From assembly GCF_964194155.1 (NCBI RefSeq), contig NC_135890.1:97278001-97342000 (forward strand): a DNA stretch of 64,000 nt, in the 5' to 3' direction. A program made the position numbers and the translations under genes. Of the stretch, positions 36,701 through 47,039 are shown piece by piece. Numbering within the stretch: the first letter of the stretch is position 1; every line of letters starts with the position of its first letter. The notes beneath the pieces are model-generated. The model ran no database searches and was not told where the DNA came from. It saw nothing but the letters and a program-made list of their open reading frames with translations. This DNA comes from Cetorhinus maximus. Its lineage: Eukaryota.

Positions 36701-39700
36701 GGTCTGCCCTGCCATACCCATAGGTGGTGATGGTGGTGTCTGGGACATTCCGTAATGATTCATTGAATATGACTTTGTCAGGATGTTGCTTGACTAGTCT
36801 GTGTGACAGCTCTCCCAATTTTGGTAGATGTCCCCCAGTTATTAGTAAGGAGGATTTGCAGGGTCGACAGGGCTGGGTGTATCGTTGTCGTTGCCTAGGT
36901 CAGTGCCAGGTGATCCATCCTGTTTCATTTCCTTTATACTTTGTAGCAGGTTGTTAGAACTCTTTCAGAGGACATTTGAGAGTCAATCACATTGCTGTGG
37001 GTCTGGCGTCACATTGCTGTGGGTCTGGCGTCACATTGCTGTGGGTCTGGCGTCACATTGCTGTGGGTCTGGCGTCACATTGCTGTGGGTCTGGCGTCAC
37101 ATTGCTGTGGGTCTGGCGTCACATTGCTGTGGGTCTGGCGTCACATTGCTGTGGGTCTGGCGTCACATTGCTGTGGGTCTGGCGTCACATTGCTGTGGGT
37201 CTGGCGTCACATTGCTGTGGGTCTGGCGTCACATTGCTGTGGGTCTGGCGTCACATTGCTGTGGGTCTGGCGTCACATTGCTGTGGGTCTGGCGTCACAT
37301 TGCTGTGGGTCTGGCGTCACATTGCTGTGGGTCTGGCGTCACATTGCTGTGGGTCTGGCGTCACATTGCTGTGGGTCTGGCGTCACATGTAGGCCAGACC
37401 AGGTAAGGACAGCAGGTTTCCTTCCCTAAAATGCATTAAAGATAATCAACAATTGTTTCGTGGTCTGAGGATAGCTTTTATTTCCAGATTTATTAATTGA
37501 ATTTAAATTCTACCAGCTGCCATGGTGGGATTTAAACCCTTGTCCCCAGAGCATTAGCCTGGGCCTCTGGATTACTAGTCCAATGACATTGTCATTATGC
37601 CACAGCCTCCCCACAATCTGTCACGAAACCTTGACAGTGGAATGTTCTTAATATCTGAAAAGCTGATTAGGAAACTGTTATTCTCCTATGCTAGCCTTGT
37701 TAGAGTAAAGATTTTACAATTTTGGTTTGAAATATCTAGTTTCCCTTCTGATCAGCAATATACAGTTGTCTTCCATCACAATTCATTTCTTTTTTTTTCC
37801 CTTTTCCCTAGTGAGGGTGGATTCTTCAAAGCTCATCTGACTTTTCCTAATGATTACCCTTTGCGGCCTCCAAAGATGAATTTCATCACAGAAATCTGGC
37901 ATCCAAATGGTAAAATTGTACATATATTATTGCTTTATTCATTCATAATTGTCAGTTTTAAAACCTTTAGTTGAGGGTTAGGGGAGAGAGAAGAGACTTT
38001 TGTATCATTTTATCCTGTATCATTTTGATCTTCTGCAAAGTGGTGGCAAAATATAAGGTGCAGTCTTCCTTGTAATCTCAATCATTGTTGTAGATTTCCC
38101 CAAAGTAGATACCAATAATGAGTCAATATATAATAGATGGATAAGCTCCTCTTACAAACTTTTCTAGCAACTCACTTGCCATAAAGTGGGGGGATCTCTC
38201 CAGCAATGGAACCTGATTTCAATTGACATGAGGTGTAGGACTTACCATCTATTTTAGGGGAGTATGGCATACTTTGTTTAACTGTCAAAAAAAATCTGCA
38301 GTATAGATATAAGCTTCAAGTTTAGAATAATACCCCAGTACCTCTGAACTGATACATAAGAAAATTTCTGAGGATGTATTTTACAATAGCCAGTGGCTTC
38401 TTGTAAGCTTACACAAACTACTGGAAGCAGCATAAGGTATATCCAGTCTCTCCTAATTGATGAGCCGTTGTTGAAGGTTTTATTAAAACTGTAGTATCTA
38501 ATAGGAACTGGAACAGGCTAATTTAGCCCCTTGAGCTTTTTGGCCATTCAATGAGATCATGGCTGACCTGTAACCTAACTCCATACACCTGCCTTCGGCT
38601 CATATCCCTTAATATCTATGGTATTCTATTCCTCTAGATACAAAGGCTAGCATTCGATTAACCTTTATTATTTTCTATACCTGTTCATGACATTTTAATG
38701 ACCTGTGTACCTGGATCTCAAGTCTCTTTGGATTTCCACTGTTTTTAGCTTTTCACCATTTAGAGTTCTATCCTTTTTGGGTCCAGAGTGAATAACCTCA
38801 CCATTCCATCTACACTGCTTGCAATACCGAGTCATTGGCAATGTTGGATATGTGTTTTCTATCCCATCATCCAGGTTGTTGATGAATATAGAGAATAGTT
38901 GAGGTCCCAACACAGATCGTTGCAGGACACCAGTTTAGTCAAATGCTGCCAATTAAAGTATCTATCCTATATCCTTACTCTCTGTCTTCTTCTGCTTAGC
39001 CAATTTTGTAACCAAGTCAATAATTTATCTTCAGCATCAAGAGTTTAACTTTAGGAAACAATCTCTTAGGAGAAACTTATCAAATGCCTTCTGAAAGTTC
39101 ATATAAGTAACAAATGTGGACCTTTCCCTGTCCACTACTTAGTCACCTCTTCAAAATGTTCTATCAAATTCATCAAGCATGACCTACCTTTTATAGATTC
39201 ATGTTGGCACTCTCTGATCAGCTGAAAAGTTTCAAGATGTTCAGTCATCCTATCCTTAATTATAGACTCTTAACATTTTCCTGACAACATACTAAGTTTG
39301 TGTCATTCTGTGTAAAGGTATCTTGATTAACTGTTAATTTGAGTAGATTTACCTTCGACAATTTTGTTGAAATTCCTACTGTCCATTTTATTAATTAACT
39401 ATAATAAATTTTTAAAAAGATATTGCTGGAAATGCTCAGCAAGCTTGGCAGCATCTGTGGAGAGAGAAATAGAGTAAACGTTTCAGGTCTGTGAGCTGAT
39501 GATATGGAACGATCTGAAATCTTAACTCTGTTTCTCTCCACAGAGACTGTCAGTTCTGTTGAGTATTTCCAGCATTCTCTGTTTTTATTTCAGATTTCCA
39601 GAAACCATTGTATTTTGCTTTTGTTTAGTCACTAATTAACTATTTAGGAAAATAATTAAAATCATTATTTATTGTTGTTACAGTTGCCAAGAATGGTGAT

Positions 39701-42700
39701 GTTTGCATTTCAATTCTGCATGAGCCAGGTGAGGATAAATTTGGTTATGAGAAACCTGAGGAGCGTTGGCTGCCCATTCACACTGTAGAGACAATTCTCA
39801 TCAGTGTCATCTCTATGCTAGCTGATCCCAACAGTGACTCGCCCGCTAATGTTGATGCTGCAGTAAGTATTTTAGAATTACTGCAAGTGTTTATTTTTCA
39901 TAAGGCAAGGTGATCAGAACTTTTAATAATATAATGCTCCTGAATTTAAAAAACATATTTGTGAATCCACCACTGGTATCTGGCATTTCCAAAGCCCTGT
40001 TGCATTGTTTAATCTTTAATCCTCCGTCAATCATCCTGCATGTAAAATGATTGCAGTAATATCAGGATTTCTCCACTTAATTTCAGATTATCATGATACC
40101 AAAAATGGTGTGCAGTGTTGATGCTGGATTGTGAGTTCACATTACCCAACTAAGTTAATGCTGTTCTCCTGAGCCTTTTGCCCTCCCATAACGTTGTCAT
40201 TAGCATTTAGAAGTGACTGCTGGAACTTAGTGAATGTCATATTCATCTTATTACACACTACACCCTGTAAGAATTTTGCAGCACAGAAAGGCCATTCAGT
40301 TCATTGTGTCGATGGCAGTTCTCTGTAAGAGTAATCCACAGACCTATTTGCCTTTCCTATTCCCATGCCCATTTAAATTTTTCTTTATCAAATACATATC
40401 CACTATTTTAAAAAGCTATAATGGAGTCTGCTTCTATGTTGCTTCTGGTAGAACAGTCTGTGTTCCAATGATACTTAGACTAAAAAAAATTTACCCTTTC
40501 TCTTCACTCTTCTGGGAATGATCTTAAATTTATGCCCTTTAGTAACTGAAATGAAAATATATTTTCCTAATTTACTTTATCAAAAACTTCTGCAGAAAAG
40601 TTGTTAAATTTTAACTTTTTACTTTTGGAAATGCCATAGACAGAATTCTCTTGTGTTTCATTGCATTCATTCCTCTAATGTGTTACTTGGATATGTTTCA
40701 TTTTGGAATGCTGCAGAAAGATGCATCTAAATATAACAGATGGCAGCCAGGGAGGTAAAGGTATTCATATAAGCATGGGAGTATGTTACAACTTGGAAGC
40801 ACTGAAACAAAGAGTCTTGACAGGAAACATATCTATTCTACCATTTCCATTTATCCTCCAATAGCTGGGTATAATCATTTATACCAATTCTACATCATTT
40901 GAGCAGTTGTTTTGTTGCTTAGTGTAATCATGTTACATAGCCGTGTAGGATTACTATAAGTACAGTTGGAAGGATCACATTGTAACACAATGCTATTAAG
41001 CAGCTAATGTTTTAAGGAAATGCAATTTTGGGCAAAAATTGGAGAACATTTTTGTAAAAAGAAAACAAAACACTGCAAATGCTGGAAATGAAATGCGAAT
41101 GAAAAATGCTGGTAATCATTGAGTATTTACAAATAGAAAACACAAGTTAATGTTTTGTGTGCAAACCTTTGACAGACCTGAATACTTAAAAGGTATGTAA
41201 TCATTTTAGTAAAGTTAGGGGATTAAAAGGAGAAAAAAAACTGTTACTCCGATCAGAGAGGAAATTAATGGATTGAATGAGCTGCAGGCAACTTAATAAA
41301 AAACTGTTAAATGATGTCAAAGGTCATTTCAGCGAGACAATGGAATAGTATTCCGAGAACAAAGGATCACGCAAAAATTAAAATAGGGATAAAACCTGGG
41401 CGAGAGAAATGCTGGAAATGCACAGTAGGTCTGAAAAGAAAACTATCAAGCAAAGTCTGGATGCAGACCTCAAGCCCAAAACTCTTCTAATGAAAACTCT
41501 ACACCTAAAATGTTAACCTGCTTTTTTTTTCCCTCCAGATGTTGATAGAACCATTCATCAACATCATTACTTCCAGCTGTAAAGTAAATGAGGGATGTGG
41601 CTAAGTTCCCTGACCTGCTAACCCTACTTACCATTGCTCCTTTGGACACTGCTAACAGATCCACAATCACTGTTCCTTTGCTTTTCCTTCCAGACTGATT
41701 GGACAAGTTTGTGCTGTTCACATTTTATTGTAAATGATTACATTGATATCCTGGCAGCTGGCTTTAATTGAAACTTGGCTCACAGGTGGTGTTTTACTCC
41801 TCACCTGCCTACACTTGCCACAAGATGTCCTCAGTGGTGGTGATGTTATTACCAAGTTACTCATTGGACTCTGTCTAATCCTTTAGTATATTCTCTTTTG
41901 AACACTCACCTTGTTTAAACATCAACTTGCCTCTCCTTTAAAATTCTCATTTCCTACCTCCCCTTCGAGCTCCATCCTAAATTTATCACTGAGCTATCCT
42001 CCTTCCTTTACTCCCTCAACTGCTGCACTGAGTGCCTGCTCATCCTCAATGATTTTAGTTTCAATCAGAGCTTCTCCTCCCCTCTTTTTTCTAAATTCAT
42101 TGCCATGTATAAACCTTCTATCCATATTCACTGCTAGCCCTCAAAATGCCATTTCCTAGGCCTCTCTCTTCCCATGATCTCACTCATTAACTAGACCATC
42201 GATGGCAGATTTATGGTATTAGCATCTATATCCTCCTAGTCCATTCCAACCCTACTTGCTTCTGCATTTGTCACTATATAAGCTCCACAAATTCAATTAC
42301 AACCAAGCTTTCCAACTGTTTCTGACCCCATATATTCTCCAAAACTTACTACCATTTCTCTAACATTGCCAGCCTCCATCCAAATGCAGCACTATGTCAA
42401 TTACAGCTGCAGTTTTGCAAACTCTCGACTGCTTCCTATCCCATATTATACCGTATCCTCAACTCCTTTTACTATCACTTCCATATCATTGCCTGCTTTG
42501 ACCCATCACTGAACTGAACTGAAAGTTGTAGAGGGCATCGGAAGAGTCACAAATATAAATGGTTAGAAGCTATACAAAAAGAGTTCAGATGCAAGGAAAT
42601 TAGTTCAGCGGGGAGGTGTAGTGGTATTGTCGCTGGACGAGTAATCCAGGATGCTCTGGGGACCCAGGTTCAAATCCTACCATGGCAGATGGTAGAATTT

Positions 42701-45135
42701 GAATTCAATAAAAAAAATCTGGAATTAAAAAGTCTAATGATGACCATGAAACCATTGTCGATTGTTGTAAAAACCCATCTGGTTTACTAATGTCCTTTAG
42801 GGAAGGAAATCTGCCATCCTTCCATCACTTGGAGGAAGCACTGAGGGTGGCAAGGGCTCGTTAGCACCACTACTGACCAAGCTGGCCAAGTTCTAAAGGA
42901 CATAGCTGCTAGACTGGGTCTGCGGGAGGTGGTGAGGGAACCAACAAGAGGGAAAAACATACTTGACCTCATCCTCACCAACCTGCCTGCTGCAGATGCA
43001 TCTGTCCGTGACAGTATCGGTAGGAGTGACCACTGCACAGTTGTGTAGACGAAGTCCCATCTTCATGTTAAAGATACCCTCCATCGTGTTGTGTGGCACT
43101 ACCACCATCCTAAATGGGATAGATTTCAAACAGATCTAGCAACTCAAGACTGGGCATCCATGAGGCGCTGAGGGCCATCAGCAGCAGCAGAATTGTGGTC
43201 GAACACAATCTGTAACCTCATGGCCCGGCATATCCCCCACTCTGCTATTACCATTAAGCCAGGGGATCAACCCTGGTTCAATGAAGAGTGCAGGAGGGCA
43301 TGCCAAGTGCAGCACCAGGCATACCTAAAAATGAGGTGTCAACCTGGTGAAGCTATAACACAGGACTAACAGCATAAGCAGCAAGTGATAGAGCTAAACG
43401 ATCCCCCCAACAGATCAGATCTAAGCTCTGCATTCCTGCCAAATCCAGTCGTGAATGGTGGTGGACAGTTGAACAACTCGGTGGAGGAGGAGGCTCCACA
43501 AATACCCCATCCTCAATGATGGGGAAGCCCAGCACATCAGTACAAAAGATAAGGCTGAAGCATTTGCTACAATCTTCAGCCAGAAGTGCCGAGTGGATGA
43601 TTCCTCTCTGCCTCCTCCAGAGGTCCCGAGCATCACGGATGCCAGTCTTCAGCCAATTTGATTCACTCCACGTGACATCAAGAAATGGCTGAAGGCACTG
43701 GATACTGCAAAGGCTATGAACCCTAACAATATTACAGCAACAGCACTGAAGAATGTGCTGCAGAACTTGCTGTTCTGGTACAGCTACATCACTGGCATCT
43801 ACCTGTCTATGTGGAAAATTGTTGCTGGATCAAAATCCTGGAAGTCCCTTCTTAACAGCACTGTGGGTGTACCTACACCACATGGAATGCTGCGATTCAA
43901 GAAGGCAGCTCACCACCACCTTCTCAAGGGCAACTAAGGATGGGCAATAAGTGCTGGCCCAGCCAGTGAAGCCCACATCCCGAGAATGAATAATAAAAAA
44001 AACTGCAGAAAGCTTTCTGGGACACTTCTCCGTGTATCTTGGAGAGGAATTAGAAATGGGCAGTGGGGGAAGAACAATAAGACACTGGCAATGAGATCTT
44101 GGAAGAGTTATTATTAGTAACACTCTTGAAAGACCGCGTTTGCAGGGGGTACACTCGCTGCACGTGCAGTGACTGTGACTGTGACGTCATTGCCAGCAAC
44201 GCTGCAGGTAGCTGCCTGCATCATAGAATACTGAAATAGAACTTCTTATAATGTAGGAAGTGTAGTTTGTTTAAATATATTTAAGGTACAAGTTTTATTT
44301 ATTGAAGTGTTCAGATCTTGTGTATAGCGGTGAGTGAGGCTGCAAGCAAAGGGGTGAGCAAGGGTGGTGAGCTTTCCATGGACAATGGGCACACAACGAT
44401 GATGTCAGTGGCAACACGCATGCATCTATGGATGCAATGGGTGCCAACTTCCTGTTGCAGTGTGGTGGCACGAGATGTAGTGCTCTTGAAAATGAAACTT
44501 TGTTAGGCGGATCATAGTCCAGAGGGAGGTAGGAAGATTTATAATTTCCAGCATCCGCAGTAGTTTTTTGTTTATATATAGATTTATAAGGGTGGTTGGT
44601 GTTCAGCCTCAGCCAGCTGGAGGTCCTTTCAACGCCATACAGCAATAATTACCCCTTTGTCAGCAGGTTTGATTAGGTTTGAGTTGAAACAGTTAATACA
44701 AAGCTACAGGATAAAGGGATCTTGGATTAGGATATAAGAGGGGAACAGGGAAATTGGCATGACCAATAATATCATGGCAGCAATATTGAATAAAAAGGCA
44801 AGAGGTTAGAGAAGGTTGAAAAAGAAGTAATGGATCAGATTCACAGAGGAAAGATGTATCTTGACCAAAAAGGTGCTTAGATGGCAGAAGAAGAGCTCCA
44901 CATTATTGAGGAGCTTGGGGTTTGAGAGATGTGGAGAGACCAAATTAAATACAACTTCTGTTGAAGAAAGTGGTGCCTGCTGAGCCAGTTTTTTAACTAA
45001 TAGTCGAGTGGACATTTTTTTAACCACAATTATTGTGCTTTCATGTAGAAAGAATGGCGAGATGATCCTAACGGTGAATTTAAGAGGAAAGTTGCTCGGT
45101 GTGTAAGAAAAAGCCAAGAAATGGCATTTGAGTAA
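21692..45135 (+). CDS. UBE2G1: Ubiquitin-conjugating enzyme E2 G1 family, complete: join(21692..21734,24937..25039,37812..37909,39684..39862,45049..45135), 169 aa
   Basis: Spliced protein [172 protein letters not shown] motif, catalytic Cys (TGC 39704-39706) and the UBE2G/Cdc34-type acidic loop are present. All introns are GT-AG; total 510 nt. May be a paralogue rather than the orthologue of human UBE2G1. Confidence 0.95.
23170..24112 (-). mobile_element. Older copy of the tRNA-headed LINE 5' portion
   Basis: B box (plus strand GGATTTGAACT) at 24030-24040; DLLTNFWG...[13 protein letters not shown]; [21 protein letters not shown]; [15 protein letters not shown]. Confidence 0.75.
24937..25039 (+). 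CDS. UBE2G1: UBE2G1-like coding exon 2 (103 nt)
   Basis: ccccctcaAG|AACTAAATAAG...; [33 protein letters not shown]; donor GTAAGT. Confidence 0.95.
25790..28230 (+). mobile_element. Cluster of decayed and nested CR1 LINE fragments
   Basis: EN remnants (NIPGYRI, EALWVEL), RPHLEYC and [14 protein letters not shown], and two CR1 3' tails (~27330-27415 and ~28160-28230). Confidence 0.75.
29385..31436 (-). mobile_element. CR1-group LINE of the tRNA-headed family, internally deleted, with SINE-like middle region, EN start, RT core and 3' tail
   Basis: Minus-strand [36 protein letters not shown] (EN), [44 protein letters not shown] (RT); 3' tail CTTCTCAAGGGCAATTAGGGATGGGCAATGAA followed by an A-rich end. 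Confidence 0.85.
31440..32390 (-). mobile_element. Second fragment of the same CR1-group LINE family (tether and RT N-terminal region)
   Basis: Collinear with 30650-31040 and with 43130-43800 ([11 protein letters not shown]; [11 protein letters not shown]-like motif). Confidence 0.75.
32395..36240 (-). mobile_element. CR1 LINE (EN to 3' tail, deleted), split by the hAT insertion
   Basis: [54 protein letters not shown]; 3' tail at 32395-32470. Confidence 0.85.
32790..34272. mobile_element. Non-autonomous hAT (Charlie-like) DNA transposon, 1483 bp, nested in a CR1 LINE in UBE2G1 intron 2
   Basis: Perfect 15-bp TIRs CAGGCTTGTCCAACC (32790-32804) and GGTTGGACAAGCCTG (34258-34272); 8-bp TSD TTCTAGAG/CCCTAGAG (6/8); CR1 sequence resumes on both sides. 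Confidence 0.88.
36245..37612 (-). mobile_element. tRNA-headed CR1-group LINE 5' portion (head, middle region with 22-bp array, endonuclease)
   Basis: 5' end GGGGAGGCTGTGGCATAATG at 37612; B box (plus strand GGATTTAAACC) at 37528-37538; EN motifs continue to about 36250. Confidence 0.8.
36987..37388 (+). repeat. Perfect tandem array: 18 copies of 22-bp TCACATTGCTGTGGGTCTGGCG plus 6 bp
   Basis: Counted directly: 36987-37382 = 396 bp = 18 x 22; no spacers. Confidence 0.95.
37812..37909 (+). CDS. UBE2G1: UBE2G1-like coding exon 3 (98 nt)
   Basis: Long polypyrimidine tract then AG; [32 protein letters not shown]; donor GTAAAA. Confidence 0.95.
38500..39290 (-). mobile_element. CR1 LINE fragment, decayed
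   Basis: [16 protein letters not shown]; CR1 tail at ~38500-38600. Confidence 0.7.
39418..39625. mobile_element. Penelope-type terminal-repeat pair in inverted orientation (hairpin), just upstream of UBE2G1 exon 4
   Basis: TGCTGGAAATGCTCAGC...TCTGTGGAGAGAGAAATAGAGTAAACGTTTCAG is mirrored by CTGAAATCTTAACTCTGTTTCTCTCCACAGAG...GTTGAGTATTTCCAGCA. Confidence 0.65.
39684..39862 (+). CDS. UBE2G1: UBE2G1-like coding exon 4 (179 nt, catalytic Cys)
   Basis: ttacAG|TTGCCAAG; [36 protein letters not shown]...ANVDAA; donor GTAAGT. Confidence 0.96.
42610..44002 (+). mobile_element. tRNA-headed CR1-group LINE derivative: Pol III-type head, EN/tether segment, 3' tail and A-tail
   Basis: Head GGGGAGGTGTAGTGG with B box GGTTCAAATCC (42667-42677); [16 protein letters not shown] and IGRSDHCTV (APE endonuclease); tail CTTCTCAAGGGCAACTAAGGATGGGCAATAA...GAATGAATAATAAAAAAAA. 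Confidence 0.85.
45049..45135 (+). CDS. UBE2G1: UBE2G1-like coding exon 5 (stop TAA 45133-45135; exon continues to 45155)
   Basis: catgtAG|AAAGAATGG; [28 protein letters not shown]; donor GTAAGT at 45156. Confidence 0.95.
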   Translation, partial: KEWRDDPNGEFKRKVARCVRKSQEMAFE

Positions 45136-47039
45136 ATTTTTCCTCCAACTTTGTGGTAAGTGTTTTTTCAAACTGCTGGGTTTTTAAATGGCTTTTTAAA
45201 TTCATACTGTGACACGATGTGAATTCTATTTAGATTTATGTGCTGGTAGTTATTCAGTTTGTTTTTTATTTAACAACAACTATTTATTCTAATGTGCCCC
45301 AACACACTCCTTCACTCCCTACAGTGAAGCCACATGGACCCCACTCAGTATGTTCCCCAAATGATGTGTATAAAATGAAACCAATCGCATGCAGAATCTT
45401 ATTGCATATAGATGTTGAACCAGTAACTCCTCGCACTGCTCAGTTAAGAGGAATTTATGACTTAACATTTAGCTAACTACAATGTTTACAGCAGTTGAAT
45501 TTGAGGTTGCTACTGATGTAACAGAAGTGTTGACTATTGGCTGGGATTAAGAAAAAACTACCTGAGTCCTTATGATCTTCAAATCTGACTTGGCGTCAAT
45601 TTAACTTTTATCATGAGGTATAACTAAGCTGCCAGTGCTTTACATCAAATCCGGTTATCCATCTTGAATTCTGTGTAATTTCTTCTAAAATTTAAACTGA
45701 CTGTGAGAAATCCATCATCTCTATACGTTTCTTCGTCACACTTCAAGATTTTGTTTGACATGAAAGATTATAAAGAGGTTCAGCTGAATCATATAAAAGG
45801 CTTAAATTAAGATTTTAAAGTTAGATTATAGAAAATATTTTGGTTATGTTCTGATTTAAATTACATCTGTCATTTGCAAGCAACAAATATTAAAGAATTC
45901 TTACCCCCTTGAATAACACAATTATCCAGATGTAAAACTGTCTTCAGGAGTATAGAGCACACCATTTTCAATAGGCTTAGCTACAACAGATTTTATAAAA
46001 TCTGAAAGCTGCTAGAGACTAATCAAACTTTGAAGACCATAATTATGTGGAATGAATGATCAAATACTTAAGAGAATGGCTGACTGCGTAGGATATTTAG
46101 AAGTGTTTTAGTGCAAAGGAGTTTTGAAAATTTAAATCTGTCTCTGTACTCACTGATCCTGACTCATTCATTTTAATCCTGTAAAGTGGCTATGACATAA
46201 GATCATCATCGTTCTTCCTGTGGTTTAAGGGCCATAAGTCAGTCAGTCTTGGGATTTTGCCTTGAGTTTGTGCAGTTAGAAGTGTTGCATAGAGTTTCAG
46301 TTGGTGAACATCCGTCTCTTTCCTCTCGTGACTTTGATGTTCATGTTTGCTTAAGTCACGGATTCTTCTGTGGACAGATATTCAGTGGTGCTATTTGTGT
46401 TTGCTGAAGTATAGTTTCATTTGTCACATCATTATGGCCATCCACACTGAAGGAAGTTGAGTTTCTTTTGGATTATACATGACATATTGTAGGTCGATGG
46501 TGCTTTTTGTCGACTGAGCGAACTTGTTTTTTGTAGTTTTTCTCAAACTATAAAGTGTTCCTATCTGCATGTTTTTGAACAATGATCTAAATTTGACTTT
46601 GGTATTGGTGTAGCTTAATAGCCAACTAAGTAATTGATGAGAGCTTGTGTTTGTAAATACATTTAATAAGTCTGTATAGTCCAGACTGGCTTATCCAGAA
46701 TTTTACTTCTAAATAAATAAAAGTAATTGTTCAGATTATGTGGAAGAAGAATATTTTTGCTAAAGCGATGAAGAGCTTTTATCTTGGCTTTTTTTTCAAA
46801 TATTTTCGTTTTGATAATTGGTTCTCCAAAGACTTGATCAACATTGACAGTTTACCATGTGGAAAGGAAAAAGTCTGCATCGTGTTGCATCCACATTGCG
46901 TGCACATCTCAAATGTGGCTGATATCCTTTTAAAAAGATATTTAAATTTGTGAAATAATTTACTTCATTGTTCTATTGATGAGCTTTTTGAAAAATGTGA
47001 ATGTATTTTGTTTTCTAATTGACATATTTCTATTTTCAG

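Noticed and set aside
36987-37388. CRISPR-like array or repeat-protein ORFs (36885..37406 and overlapping frames)
   Set aside because: The units are head-to-tail with no unique spacers, the context is eukaryotic, and the ORFs are open only because the 22-mer has no stop codon.
42610-42690. Genuine tRNA gene (also 11700-11792, 37520-37612, 63835-63925)
   Set aside because: A/B boxes are present, but there is no convincing cloverleaf or T-run terminator, and each copy continues into the same retroelement body.
44125-44540. GC/CpG-richer patch with CACGTG and TGACGTCA motifs in UBE2G1 intron 4
   Set aside because: No ORF, termini or family could be recognised. It may be a transposon remnant, and isolated short motifs are not enough to call an enhancer.
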